The notes under the pieces: model-generated | What the model was told of the DNA's origin: nothing | What the model saw: only the letters and a program-made list of their open reading frames with translations | Databases searched by the model: none | Part shown: positions 49,519-59,932 of the stretch, in pieces | Layout of the letters: each line of letters starts with the position of its first letter | How positions within the stretch are numbered: the first letter of the stretch is position 1 | Position numbers and translations under genes: made by a program | Source of the DNA: Mantamonas sphyraenae STR306 | Lineage: Eukaryota; Protista; CRuMs | Assembly (NCBI GenBank): GCA_026936335.1 | Contig: JAPMXV010000055.1 | Coordinates: forward strand, 62,001-126,000 | Length of the DNA stretch: 64,000 bases | Direction of reading: 5' to 3'

Positions 49519-50520
49519 TCAATGGCGTTGGTTCAGCGGGCGGCGGTGGTCGGCGTCCGCTCCAAACAACCGGCCAGCCCCTTCGCGGGCCATGTCCAGC
49601 ATGACACGTGCCATCTCAGTGGCCACCAGTGGTGCTGTGGCATTGGTTGCCAGCTGGGGCGCACTGCGCTCCTGGGCATTGTTCTCGTTGCCGTCGGCAG
49701 GGTCAAAGGCGCTGTGCGTGTGTGCGTCGGCAAGCAGTGCCAACACGTCGCCATCGTCCTCCTCCTCACCCAACTCGTCGTCCAGCGAATGCTCACCCGT
49801 GCGTCGTCGCAGGTTGGCCCGTTCGGCCAGCACTCGCCTGCGCCATCGCAGCGCGGGCAGGAAGAAGAAGGTGGCCGGCGCCACCACCAGGTACACCAGC
49901 AGCAGCAGCAAGCGCGACCAGCCCTGCTGCACAAAGTGCGAAAACAGGCCCAGGAATAAAGTAAAAAAGAGACAGGCCAGTAGCCAGGGCCCCAACATAC
50001 GGTGGCGCCCAAACAGACTGGCAATCAGCGAGCGGCGCTGAGCCGACTTGCGGCTGTACGTTTCGTCGCCCAGGTTGAGGCGCATGAAGCGTGCTACGGC
50101 GCCCATGCCCACCTGCGCCAGCATCAACGCCAGGGTCAGGTAGCCCATGATGCCATGCCAGCTGTTGAAGTGCCGGTAGTTGTGCACAGCCTTGTGGCGC
50201 AGCACCACAAGCAGCCCCGCCAGCGCAAACAGCGCGGCTGCTCCCATCAGCCATGCGTGGCGTTTGCCAAACCGTGCTCTGTTGTGTGCCTTGATGCTGT
50301 TGGCGTCCGAGTGGCTTCGGTTGATTTTGGCCGACGTCAGAGCCAGCGACACCAGGACCACAGCCAGCGTCATCGACAGTGGATGGTACGAGAAGAATGT
50401 GCCCTCCACCATTGCGTGGTACATGATGGCCAACACAAACACAACCATGAGAAACTCGTTGAGGAGCATGACAAGGTACAGGCGGTTGCCCAACCTCACC
50501 TGCCACGGTTCCCGTTCCAT
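49519..50520 (-). CDS. Cytochrome b561 domain protein (CYB561D-like)
   Basis: Four heme histidines in FSYHPLSM, KRHAWL, HFNSWHGIMG and HRMLG; six TM helices. Confidence 0.85.
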   Translation of the reverse strand: MEREPWQVRLGNRLYLVMLLNEFLMVVFVLAIMYHAMVEGTFFSYHPLSMTLAVVLVSLALTSAKINRSHSDANSIKAHNRARFGKRHAWLMGAAALFALAGLLVVLRHKAVHNYRHFNSWHGIMGYLTLALMLAQVGMGAVARFMRLNLGDETYSRKSAQRRSLIASLFGRHRMLGPWLLACLFFTLFLGLFSHFVQQGWSRLLLLLVYLVVAPATFFFLPALRWRRRVLAERANLRRRTGEHSLDDELGEEEDDGDVLALLADAHTHSAFDPADGNENNAQERSAPQLATNATAPLVATEMARVMLDMAREGAGRLFGADADHRRPLNQRH

Positions 50521-50648
50521 CTCCCTTGGGCCCGTTGGCGCCACGTGTGTGCCCCACTCGCCCAAACCATGGAGAGGTGACAGTGCACTGTGTGTGTGTG
50601 GATATGGGGGGAGGTGGGGTGTGTGCGAGAGTCCACCAAGCCAATTCC

Positions 50649-51428
50649 ATGTCGATTCGGGTCGCCCCAAAGTCGCTCCAGGTGGCCTACGACGACGCTT
50701 CCCTGGACAGCACGGCGTTCCGGCTGGAGAATGCCTCGCAAATGGGCGTCACCTTCAAAGTGCTGGCCACACATGCATCGGCGTGGAATGTGCGGCCACC
50801 CTCGGGGTTCCTGGACCCGCACAGCAACTTGGACGTCCATCTCTCGCTGAAGGCCGGTGCCGTGGCCAAACCCACACAGCACAAGTTCAAGATCACCTTC
50901 TCATCCGATGGAAAGGTGTTGGGCTCCAAAATGGTGGGGGTATCGCTGGTGAGTGCGGTATCCAGCGGGGCTGGGGTGGGCTCGTCCTCAGGCGGACGTG
51001 GCACAAGCAACGGCCACGACACAGCGCACACATGGCATGGCACAGAGTCATCCACACGGTCACCGTCACACATGGCCTCGCCTGTATCCTCCCCGGGATC
51101 CACCATGTCGCTACCCTCTCCACAGAGCAGTGGTGGCGGAGCAGCGAGCGTGAGGAATGGCGAGACACAGCCGAGCTCGGGCAAGGCCAGCGACACGTCA
51201 TCAAGACGAGGGGGAGCATCCAGCGGTGCCAAACCCATGCGCACATCACGTGACACAAAGTCTGGAGTGCTGGAGGCCATCACCAGCGTGCTGCCATTCC
51301 TGGTATGCGTCACCGGCCTGGTTTGGCAGTTCCGTGAGGAGCCGCACTTTTGGCAACTGTCCGTGGCCTTTGCCATGGGCATGCTTGCCATGTTGGGACA
51401 CCTGTGGGCCAACAGCAGGTTGAGGTGA
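50649..51428 (+). CDS. MSP (major sperm protein) domain protein with two C-terminal TMs (MOSPD1/3-like)
   Basis: FRLEN..VTFKVLAT..WNVRPPSGFLDP..HKFKI MSP motif, Ser-rich linker and hydrophobic hairpin with AFAMGML. Confidence 0.75.
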   Translation: MSIRVAPKSLQVAYDDASLDSTAFRLENASQMGVTFKVLATHASAWNVRPPSGFLDPHSNLDVHLSLKAGAVAKPTQHKFKITFSSDGKVLGSKMVGVSLVSAVSSGAGVGSSSGGRGTSNGHDTAHTWHGTESSTRSPSHMASPVSSPGSTMSLPSPQSSGGGAASVRNGETQPSSGKASDTSSRRGGASSGAKPMRTSRDTKSGVLEAITSVLPFLVCVTGLVWQFREEPHFWQLSVAFAMGMLAMLGHLWANSRLR

Positions 51429-51513
51429 CGGCAGCTGACTGTGGCAAGAGAGTTTCGGCGCGACTAGTCGACTTCAAGACACCTCGCGGAATGTGGGGCA
51501 TTGCTGCGAGGAT

Positions 51514-53024
51514 AAAGTGAGTGCAGAGACGGAAGCAGAGTGGAGGCCAAGCAAGGATGGCATCGGCAGAGCAGAACAGAGCATGTCAGGGACACAGTCA
51601 CACCAGCAGGGGAGAATACAAAGATTCACGCACTCCACGTTTAGGGGTGCATGCAACCATCCATCCATCCCTCTGCTCTCGCGCTGTGTCCTCTCCCGCC
51701 TCTCTCGTCATCTCTCTCTCCCCCGGCCCCTCTGCGTTCCTTCTCCATCCCTTCCCATGCTCTGCTCTGCCCTCCCCTCCCGAGCACATTCAACCGACCC
51801 CAGCTCCTGGCCCCCGTCCTCCACACTCACATGCCCCCGCCTATCCCCACACCTGCCTTCCCTCCTCCCACACATCCATCTCTCACATCCTTCTGTCATT
51901 ACGTGTCATTTCCTTCTCCTGCCTCCCACACACGCTCTTGTCCACGCCGCCGTCCACTCCCACGCCCTCCTCCGCCTTTCTCCCTCCTCCTTCCTCCATC
52001 CCCTGTCTCTCATCAACTCCTCCTCGTCTCGTCTCCTCCTTCCCTCGTTCCCCTTCTCACTTCTCTCCTCCTCTCCTTCATCTCATCAGTGCTCCCCCTG
52101 GCCCTGAGGAGGCCGCAGCGGGAACGCCACCGGGTTCATCTGCGACAAGAACACCACCAGCCACATCAGCCACATGCACGCCACAGTCATCGACACAAGC
52201 ACCCGATAGAACCTGCATCGTATCCCACGTGTTCAACGACAACCCCCCCCCCCCCCACACACATCCATCCAGACACCACCTGGTGTGTCAGCCGCCCACC
52301 CCTCCCACGCCACCCCGTCTCCCACAACTCCCACTGCCACTCACGGAATCTGCGACTTGTGCTTCGTCTGCACAAACACCATGCCTGCCAGCCACACAAT
52401 GGCATAAATAATCGTGCCCACCACTGCCGTCGATGCCGAGTCCATTGCTTCTTCTGAGTGTTTGCATGGCCCAGCGCGGATCATTCCACACTCACTCCTT
52501 CTCACTCACACACCACCGACCCAACTCTCCACCTGTCCATCATTGCCACCGCCTCACTCGCCACACACCGTGCATTGTGACACAAAGGGGAAGTCCTCAA
52601 TCTCTCTCTCTACCCCACACACACACGTGCACAAGTCCCCGATCGCCCCCCCTCCCCCGCCCTACCCTACCCTATGACTCCTCTGTGTCCGTACAACGTA
52701 CAACGTGCAATCTGCGTTGGATGCGCCCCCGCACGGAGGACAACGAGCATGGTGTCGGACGACACGCTGTGGCCGACGAGCATGAAGGGTGGGAGGAGGC
52801 GATGGAGCATGGGACGCAATGATGGAATGGGAAGGGTGTGGGCATGGGGTGTGGTGTTGATTGTGCTTGTGGTGGCCATGGGGAACAGGGCAGACGCTGG
52901 AGGAGCGGACCAGGCCACAAATGCGGAGCAAGGGGGACAAGTGCAGAAGGAGGAGCATGAGGAGCAAGAGGATGGACAGGAGATGCAAGAAGAGATGGAA
53001 GTGGCCAAGGAAGAGGCAGCGCGT
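51514..53024 (-). repeat. Inverted duplication B, right (parental) arm
   Basis: Reverse complement of 42840-44058; the outer end continues into an intact ORF. Confidence 0.96.
52086..52445 (-). CDS. ATP6V0E: V-type ATPase V0 subunit e, copy 2; exons 52445-52345 and 52212-52086
   Basis: Coding exons appear identical to copy 1; the intron differs by small indels. Confidence 0.9.
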
Positions 53025-53261
53025 GCACGAAGAGCGTGGCAAGAGTCGCTCGCAGCGCAAAGAGCGCAAGCCGAGTCCGAGGCGCGCCTGCGAGCAGAAG
53101 CACATCAGGCAGCATACTACGGCAGCTCAGGACATGCAAACGATGCATCGCTGCTGGATGAACAGACGCGTGCGCACTTGCGGAGCAAAGCAGACGACCA
53201 CGGCCACTTCCACCACGAGCACGCCGGCCAAGGCAGCGATGAGGACGAGGAAGAAGAGTGA
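52749..53261 (+). CDS. Hypothetical small signal-peptide/TM + acidic coiled-coil protein; start uncertain
   Basis: Hydrophobic stretch VWAWGVVLIVLVVAMG, E/Q-rich helix and His/acidic tail. Confidence 0.55.
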   Translation: MVSDDTLWPTSMKGGRRRWSMGRNDGMGRVWAWGVVLIVLVVAMGNRADAGGADQATNAEQGGQVQKEEHEEQEDGQEMQEEMEVAKEEAARARRAWQESLAAQRAQAESEARLRAEAHQAAYYGSSGHANDASLLDEQTRAHLRSKADDHGHFHHEHAGQGSDEDEEEE

Positions 53262-53305
53262 GGGAAGCGGAAACAATGGAAACGCAAAGGCAGACACGCG
53301 ATCCA

Positions 53306-54658
53306 TTACATGGTCAAATAGCCGGCCTGCTTGGCAACACCCTTTGTGGCACCAAGCGGCTGGAGGATGCGTGCTTCACCCGTGCGGTGCGGCTGCTGTG
53401 CAGAGGCGGTCATGTAGCCAGGGACGACCAGACGCGAGTGGAAGATGTCCGTCTCGTCGTCTTGCATAAGGGCGTCGTACTCGGTGCCGTCACTGGAAGC
53501 CTTGCGGGCTGGGTCCACATAGCGGTAGAGCGAGACGCCGACCAGCAAGATGATGAGGGCAATCCAGTTGAGGGTACCAATGGTCTCCACATCCTTGCCC
53601 ATGATGGCTGGAATGGCAAAGGCAAACTCGGTGAGGGGCAGGGACAGGGTGGAGATGACAAAGGTGGTGGTGGCACCGCCGTATTTGACCACACCCAGCA
53701 GGGCAATGTTTGTGGCCACGTAGGCCACCACAAAGATGATGATGGTTCCCGTGGCAGCGGGACAGTCGCATTCGGGACACACCCCGGCCGGCGGCGAGAT
53801 GCCCAGGAAGCAGTTGAAGGCATTGACCTGGTTGGGCCAGAACGTCTCGCTGGTGGCTGTGCCGAAGCCCGGGATCAGGTCAGCCGGTGCGACGGCATAG
53901 ATGGAGAGCATCTGGTAGAGGGAGCTCCAAGCCAGGAGATAGCCCATGTCGACGTGTCCCTCGTCAAAGAAGCGCTCCTCGAGCACGCTGGAGAGCACGA
54001 GGGGCACGGAGCCGAGGAAAAAGGTGAGGGCCCAACCAAAACTGGTGGTGCCCTCGTCGGTGTGGGGTCCACTGGGGTCAATGCTGGGCCACATGGCAAC
54101 CACAAGGCCAGCCAAAATGACCAGCACGGCAGCCACTTGTTTGGTGGTGTAGCGTGCGCGCACGAGCACGAAACTAAGCAACATGCTCATGGGGATGGTT
54201 GACACGGTGGGTCCCAGCAGCGCTTGCAGGGTACCAGACACGTGAGCGTTGGCAAACAGCATCAGCAGACCATTGACCATGGTCAACACGCCAATCACAA
54301 GCATCTTCCAGTGTTCAATGCGCCCTTCCGCCGGATTCGATTTCACGTGGATCGCCTGACCGTGGTACCAGCGCTCGCCCCAGTGCATCAGGAAGAACAC
54401 CACAGCAAAGATGGTGGCTGTGAACCAAAACAGAAAGTAGGGTGCACCCGGATTCGCATTGCTGGCTGCCTTGAGCGACACTGCCTGAGCAACCGAGGCA
54501 AAGATGGAAAACCCAGCCCAGCCCAGCAGCACCTTGTTGTTGTGCCACATTTCCAGCCACGAACCTGCACTTCCGGCGCGTGGCACATCGTCGTCGTCCT
54601 CGATCACGACAATGCGCGTGCCCTTCTTGCCCAAACCAGAGTCATTGTTCAATGACAT
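53306..54658 (-). CDS. CRT-like (chloroquine resistance transporter-like) DMT-superfamily transporter
   Basis: Ten TMs; HVSGTLQALL..IPMSMLLSFVLVRARY, the Cys-containing loop NAFNCFLG..CPECDC, and VVKYGGAT..TLSLPL..AF. Confidence 0.8.
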   Translation of the reverse strand: MSLNNDSGLGKKGTRIVVIEDDDDVPRAGSAGSWLEMWHNNKVLLGWAGFSIFASVAQAVSLKAASNANPGAPYFLFWFTATIFAVVFFLMHWGERWYHGQAIHVKSNPAEGRIEHWKMLVIGVLTMVNGLLMLFANAHVSGTLQALLGPTVSTIPMSMLLSFVLVRARYTTKQVAAVLVILAGLVVAMWPSIDPSGPHTDEGTTSFGWALTFFLGSVPLVLSSVLEERFFDEGHVDMGYLLAWSSLYQMLSIYAVAPADLIPGFGTATSETFWPNQVNAFNCFLGISPPAGVCPECDCPAATGTIIIFVVAYVATNIALLGVVKYGGATTTFVISTLSLPLTEFAFAIPAIMGKDVETIGTLNWIALIILLVGVSLYRYVDPARKASSDGTEYDALMQDDETDIFHSRLVVPGYMTASAQQPHRTGEARILQPLGATKGVAKQAGYLTM

Positions 54659-54866
54659 GACGGTCGACCTTCTCGTGGGCCCGACTCCGCATCCGTCGTC
54701 GCATCCGCGCCAATCGTCTGTCATCGGCACCCCTGGAAGCAAACGATCCAAGGTCAGCACAGAGCTCACAAACCCTTCCCAGGCGCAGGCAGCTGAGGGG
54801 AGACCGGTGCTCGCTCTGCCCGAGCTGCGACACACAAAACTTCCCCCAAAGAGAAAAAGACCCTGC

Positions 54867-57557
54867 ATGAGCTCAATCTCAAACTACAAGTACGGTGGGG
54901 CAGTGTCACCGCACATCACGTACCTGCGCGAGGGCTGGCTGTCCAAGGAAAGCGGCGGCAAGAAGTGGAAGAAAAACTGGAAGGACCGCTACTTCACCGT
55001 GGACGACCATGTCATTTCGTACTTCAAGTCCATTCCAGACCCGCACCAGACTCAACCGCAGGGCGTGATTGGACTGTGCGAAATCGTGGATGTGCATGTG
55101 ACGTCGGAGAGGTTGGAGGTGGTGACGTTGGGTCGCACCTACAGTTTCAAGAGCCTGGAGAAGGATTCGGACGATCTGGCTGCGTGGGAAGAGGCCATCA
55201 TGCAAGCTTTCAAGAAGAACAGGACCCCACATGACATCTTGCACCCTGCGGCGGCCCAGCTGATGAAGAAGCTGGAGTCGAGCATTCTGAGTTTCAGCAA
55301 AGACGTTTGGCTGGCCAGCAAGGAGATCCCAGAGCGCATCCAGGAGAACAGCAGGGTCAAACTCATGCTGCCTGCCAACGAGAAACTGCTTGCCTTTGTG
55401 GACAACACCATCAAGGAGAATGGCACCGAGGGCGTGGCCTTTTGCATGGATGGCATTTACTGGCGTGACGACTCCTCTCTCCGCTTTGTCGACCACATTG
55501 AGTACGACTACCTGCCCGAGCTGGGCAGCCTGACCATCAGCGAGGACTACATCACAGAGTACGTTGTTGCCAGGCCAATTTTCACCTGTGCCTGCCGTGC
55601 CCATTTCCTGCAGAAAAAACAACGCGGGTTCCTCTCCATTTGCCCACCGCACAAATTTTCTGCCTGTGCCTCTGCCCCCCTTTTCACTGCCCATGATTCT
55701 GTTGTGTCTGCGCTCCATGCCCAAACTCCATCTGCACACATCACTTGTGCGTGTGGACGGCCCATGCAGTGCAGGTTCGGTGTGTCGCAGTCTGGGCCGC
55801 GTGGACACAACGGCAACGCGCCCAAAGCGCTCCAATTTGCCACTCACACGCCCGTTTTGCACAAACCCCCGTGTTGCGGCGGCCCCCAGCTCGAAGACGG
55901 CGCAGGTGCGCATCCCATGGTTCACCACAGAGGCATCGACCATGCTGCGCTTCCTCAATGCCATCGTGAACGGTGAGGACATGGAGAACAACAGCCAGCA
56001 GGAACTGCAGGGCGAGGTCGGCGACGTGTCCGTGTCTGAACTCGATCGTATGGCCATCCGAAGGGCGCGTGCGTTTGTGCGCGTGCTGTTTGACTCCACC
56101 ATGCTCTTCAAGGACGACGGATATTACGTCATTGGCGGCACTCGCACCATGAACAACGCTGCCGAGGCCCTCACCGACGCCGCCACCAAGGCCATGGAGT
56201 TCCCCGCCGAGGATTCGCTTATTGCATGGAATGACGCGTCGGAACGAGTATGTGACACATCCCTTTCTTCTGCCCTCACCGTTTCTTCCTTTTGTTCCTT
56301 TGTTGTCACCCTGTATCGTCCGCATGGGCACTGTTTGCTAACACAACGACGGGTTTCTGCTGCAGCGGTCGGGGTCTGAAGGTGTGCTGTTTGGCGAAAA
56401 GGGCATGTACTGGATGACCAACAAGGGTACGCTGGGCGACTCGGGCTTCCTCCTGTATCCGCACATGATCAAGGCGCAGTTCCAGGTGAACCGGGACGAC
56501 CCCACCATGATCGAATCTGGGATCGGTCATCGCATCCCGACGGCCAGTGCACGCGCCGCAAAGGCTCTTCGTCGTACACTGACCGATCTGCGCAACCTCA
56601 GTTGCTTCGAGCGCGATCTGAGCCACAACCGCGCCGAAGACATCATTCGACACAGCCTCATGCAGTGCGTGAAGGACAGCGGCCTCGACTCCGAGCCATA
56701 CATCATTGCTGGGCCTCAGGATGTGCTCAAGGCCATGATGGACAATTGCAACGGCCTTGACGAGCGTGGCTTCAAGAAGTTCTACCGTTTGCTGTTCAAG
56801 CTGAAGCATGCCAAGTTCTTTGCCAAAGTGCCGGCGTTGGAATCACCCGCCGTGGTGGTGGACTGTTCGCTTAGCAGTATGTTTTGTTGAGAGACGGGCG
56901 CAAGGGTCAAAGGGTGGAGAAGTGTGGGGTCGATGTGAAAGGAGAATTGGGTTGGCAAGGAAACTGACACAAAAGGGGATGCACACAGACTCGGGCAAGG
57001 ATTGCATTGTTTTTTCAATGTCTGGCGTGTACTGGCACCACCGCGTTCTGGACGTCAACAACCGCCAACAACATCTGCTGTACTCTGACTTTCCCGACTG
57101 CGAGTTTGAACAAAACGGCAAGACAATTGATTCCAATCTGATCGGAGCCTCGTCGTACACGGGCGAGGACGTGGAGCTTATTATGCAGTGCACAGACGCC
57201 GAGCAGGCCAGCAAGGTGATGAAGCTGCTCAAGCTGGTACAGAAGAACCAGCCCAAGTGGAAGAGCCTGCGCCGTTCGTCGCACAGGCAGCTGACGGGCG
57301 ACGAGGACGAAGACGACGTGGACGAGGACGAGGGTGCCGGCGGCAGCAGCAGCGCAAGCAGCAGCGACAGCGCTGACGCTGATGACGCAGCCTCTGCCGT
57401 CAGCTTGTACCCGTTGATGACCTCTGACTTTTCCGCGTTTATGGACCACATGGTCAGTGACCTGGAGATCGTGGACATGTCTGTCAACCTCATCGAGGAT
57501 GAGACATGGGATGGTGTTATGCAAATGATGATTGAAGATCTGCAGCAGATCATGTGA
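54867..57557 (+). CDS. PH-domain protein with three copies of a D-x-[TS]..G-x-[ED]..G-[IMV]-Y-W repeat domain; introns ~55559-55889, ~56248-56365, ~56877-56988
   Basis: N-terminal PH domain (REGWLSKESGG..NWKDRYF..PQGVIGL..RTYSF..WEEAI); three ORF segments joined by GT-AG introns. Confidence 0.72.
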
Positions 57558-57616
57558 GCGATGCGGCAGGCCCAAACTGTTCCAACAAAAATCAAAACCT
57601 ACAAATTCCTTTGCAC

Positions 57617-58206
57617 ATGTCCACCTATGCGGAAGTGTTGATGCAGGCAGATCAAACTCTGGGTTGCGAGCCGGGAGAGCGAAAGCGTACGGTGGAGGAC
57701 AGGGACGAAGCGCCCGAAGTTCCTGGGAACGAATCCAAACGGCAGCGAACGGAGAACACACAAGACTCTGCCGGGCACCACGGCTCACCGAACTCACACA
57801 ACAGCTCTGCAAAGAGCAAGAAAAGATCAGCGCGGGCGACGAACAAACACAAGGTGGTGATGCGGGTGGGCGAAAAGACGGCGCTGATCTCCCCGTTTCG
57901 CAAGCGTGTGCTCGAGACTCTTTCGACCGTCCCCAAAGGCACCGTGACCACATATGCACTCTTGGGCAAGGCCGTGGGTTGTGACAGTGCTCGTGCGATT
58001 GGACAGGCCGTGAGACTCAATCCATTTGCGCCCGTGGTGCCTTGCCACCGTGTGATTGCGAGCAGCCTGACCATCGGCGGGTTCAATGGTCAGCGTGAGG
58101 GCCCCAAGATCACCAAGAAGCTGCAACTGCTCAAGGGCGAAGGGGTGCACTTTGTCAACGGCAAATTGGCCGACCCCGAGAACGTGTTGCATACTCCGAG
58201 CGCTGC

Positions 58207-58238
<32 letters not shown>

Positions 58239-58243
58239 GTTGA
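57617..58243 (+). CDS. MGMT: O6-alkylguanine-DNA alkyltransferase (C-terminal domain with active-site PCHR); start uncertain
   Basis: VPKGTVTTY, SARAIGQAVRLNP, VPCHRVI, IGGF and KLQLLKGEGV. Confidence 0.85.
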
Positions 58244-58347
58244 AATTGAAGAAGAATGTCCGGGAGGGGAGCACAATGGGGAGGGGAAGGGGAGAGGGGG
58301 CAGTAGCAACGACGAATGTACAGGATCAGCATGCGCGGTTGGGGGCA

Positions 58348-59851
58348 ATGCGGTGGATGAAGGCACGGGTTGGGCGTGCAACACGCCAAGTTACTTCCGC
58401 CCACATCAGGACACTGCTGGAGGTGGTGTTGGTTGTGGCGGCGTTTGTGATCTCATACTCGATGACGTGTGTATTCCTGGAGCGCAGAGACGCACACAGG
58501 GATCAAGTGCAGAGAGAAGTGCTGGCGGAGAGTGTGAAGGACTCGGATGCCCACGACACAGAACTGCAGCTGTGCGTAGGGAGGAAAAAGGTCAAGATGC
58601 TGCTGGTTTTCCACTACGAAAGCTTCCACACACGCATGGACCAGCAGGAGAAGTTTGTGTACGAAGAGATGGGCGCACATCCGTGTGTGGAGGAGGCCGT
58701 GATATGGGGCGAGGGCTGGGCGGGCTACAAACCCGGGAAATCGCTCACGGACAACATTGTGGACCATTTTGGGTACAACTACTTTGACATTGTGTACGCC
58801 TTTTTGAGTTACCCCGATGATGACTACAGGAGCCTGGGTTCGGAGACCACACTGCTGGTGCGGGCGGGTGATTGCCAGGCCAACAGTTGCCTGCAGCAGG
58901 TCAACAATGCCGACGTGGTGCTCTTCTCCTATGGCTACGAGATGTACGAATTCAACAAGGACCTGCCATACAACTTTGACGACACTCTGGTGTACCAGCT
59001 GCCCTTTTGCGGAGGCGACCTGTGGATGGAACAGTTCACACGCAGCTTCCCAGACCGCGACGTCGACCTGCTGCTTGTGGGCAACACAGACCCAGACTTT
59101 TACCCACTGCGCGTGACTGTGGCTCAGATGATGCATACCAAGGATCTGGAGGGGACCAAGCAAGTGCGCAATCATCCGGGGTACCCGGATAGCTGGCCAG
59201 CCGAGGTGCGAGAGAAGTATGGGTTCAAGCTTCCTCCACAGAATGAGCGCAAGTACGTACACACCAGAGATGACAAGTCGGGCGCGGGAGTCCAGACACG
59301 GGAATACGCACGGCACTGCGGGCGATCAAAACACATAGCCTTTGACTCCTCCGCGTACCGCTACTCGGTCAAGAAGTATCCCGAGGTGTTTGCCACAGGG
59401 GCACTGGCCATTGCAGATGTACCTCCCGAAGACGAGGTGTACTATCGCATGTCCATGCTGGAGCTGTCCTACCAACTGCAGAGCAAACCCACAGGCGCCT
59501 ATCTGCGCAAGCACATGCGCAGCAAAACGGGCACACAGGGATCGCGTCTACTTTGCGTACCGGTGGTTCAAGCGCTTTTGGACGTGCAAGCGCAAGGTGT
59601 CTCGCATCATCCATGCCGCGTGGCTGCACAAGCTCGGCCATCGCGGTCTGGTCTGGAACACAGAGACGCACTTTGGATGCTACAAGCTATCCCGCGACCT
59701 TACGGACCGCAACGTTAGCCGTTGGTGTACCCCAACACAAACACCTCGCGTGGTCACGGACGATCAGGACGGTGCGTGGATGAACGCTATGGACAACAAT
59801 GCCGGCGGAGTGACCCGCATCTTCCCGACCATGACCGAGGAGACGACGTAG
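58348..59851 (+). CDS. Type II membrane GT-B-like glycosyltransferase candidate; apparent frameshift near 59490-59520
   Basis: N-terminal TM, RDVDLLLVG..FYPLR, HPGY, EYA..and YSVKKYPEVFATGALAIAD, typical of the GT-B C-terminal domain. The C-terminus continues in the 59342-59851 frame. Confidence 0.62.
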
Positions 59852-59932
59852 GCAACACATGCGCAATTTGGTGCATGCAATCGAATGTAACTGGAAGTGA
59901 ATGATATTCATTGTTCTCCGTGTCGCTCCCAC

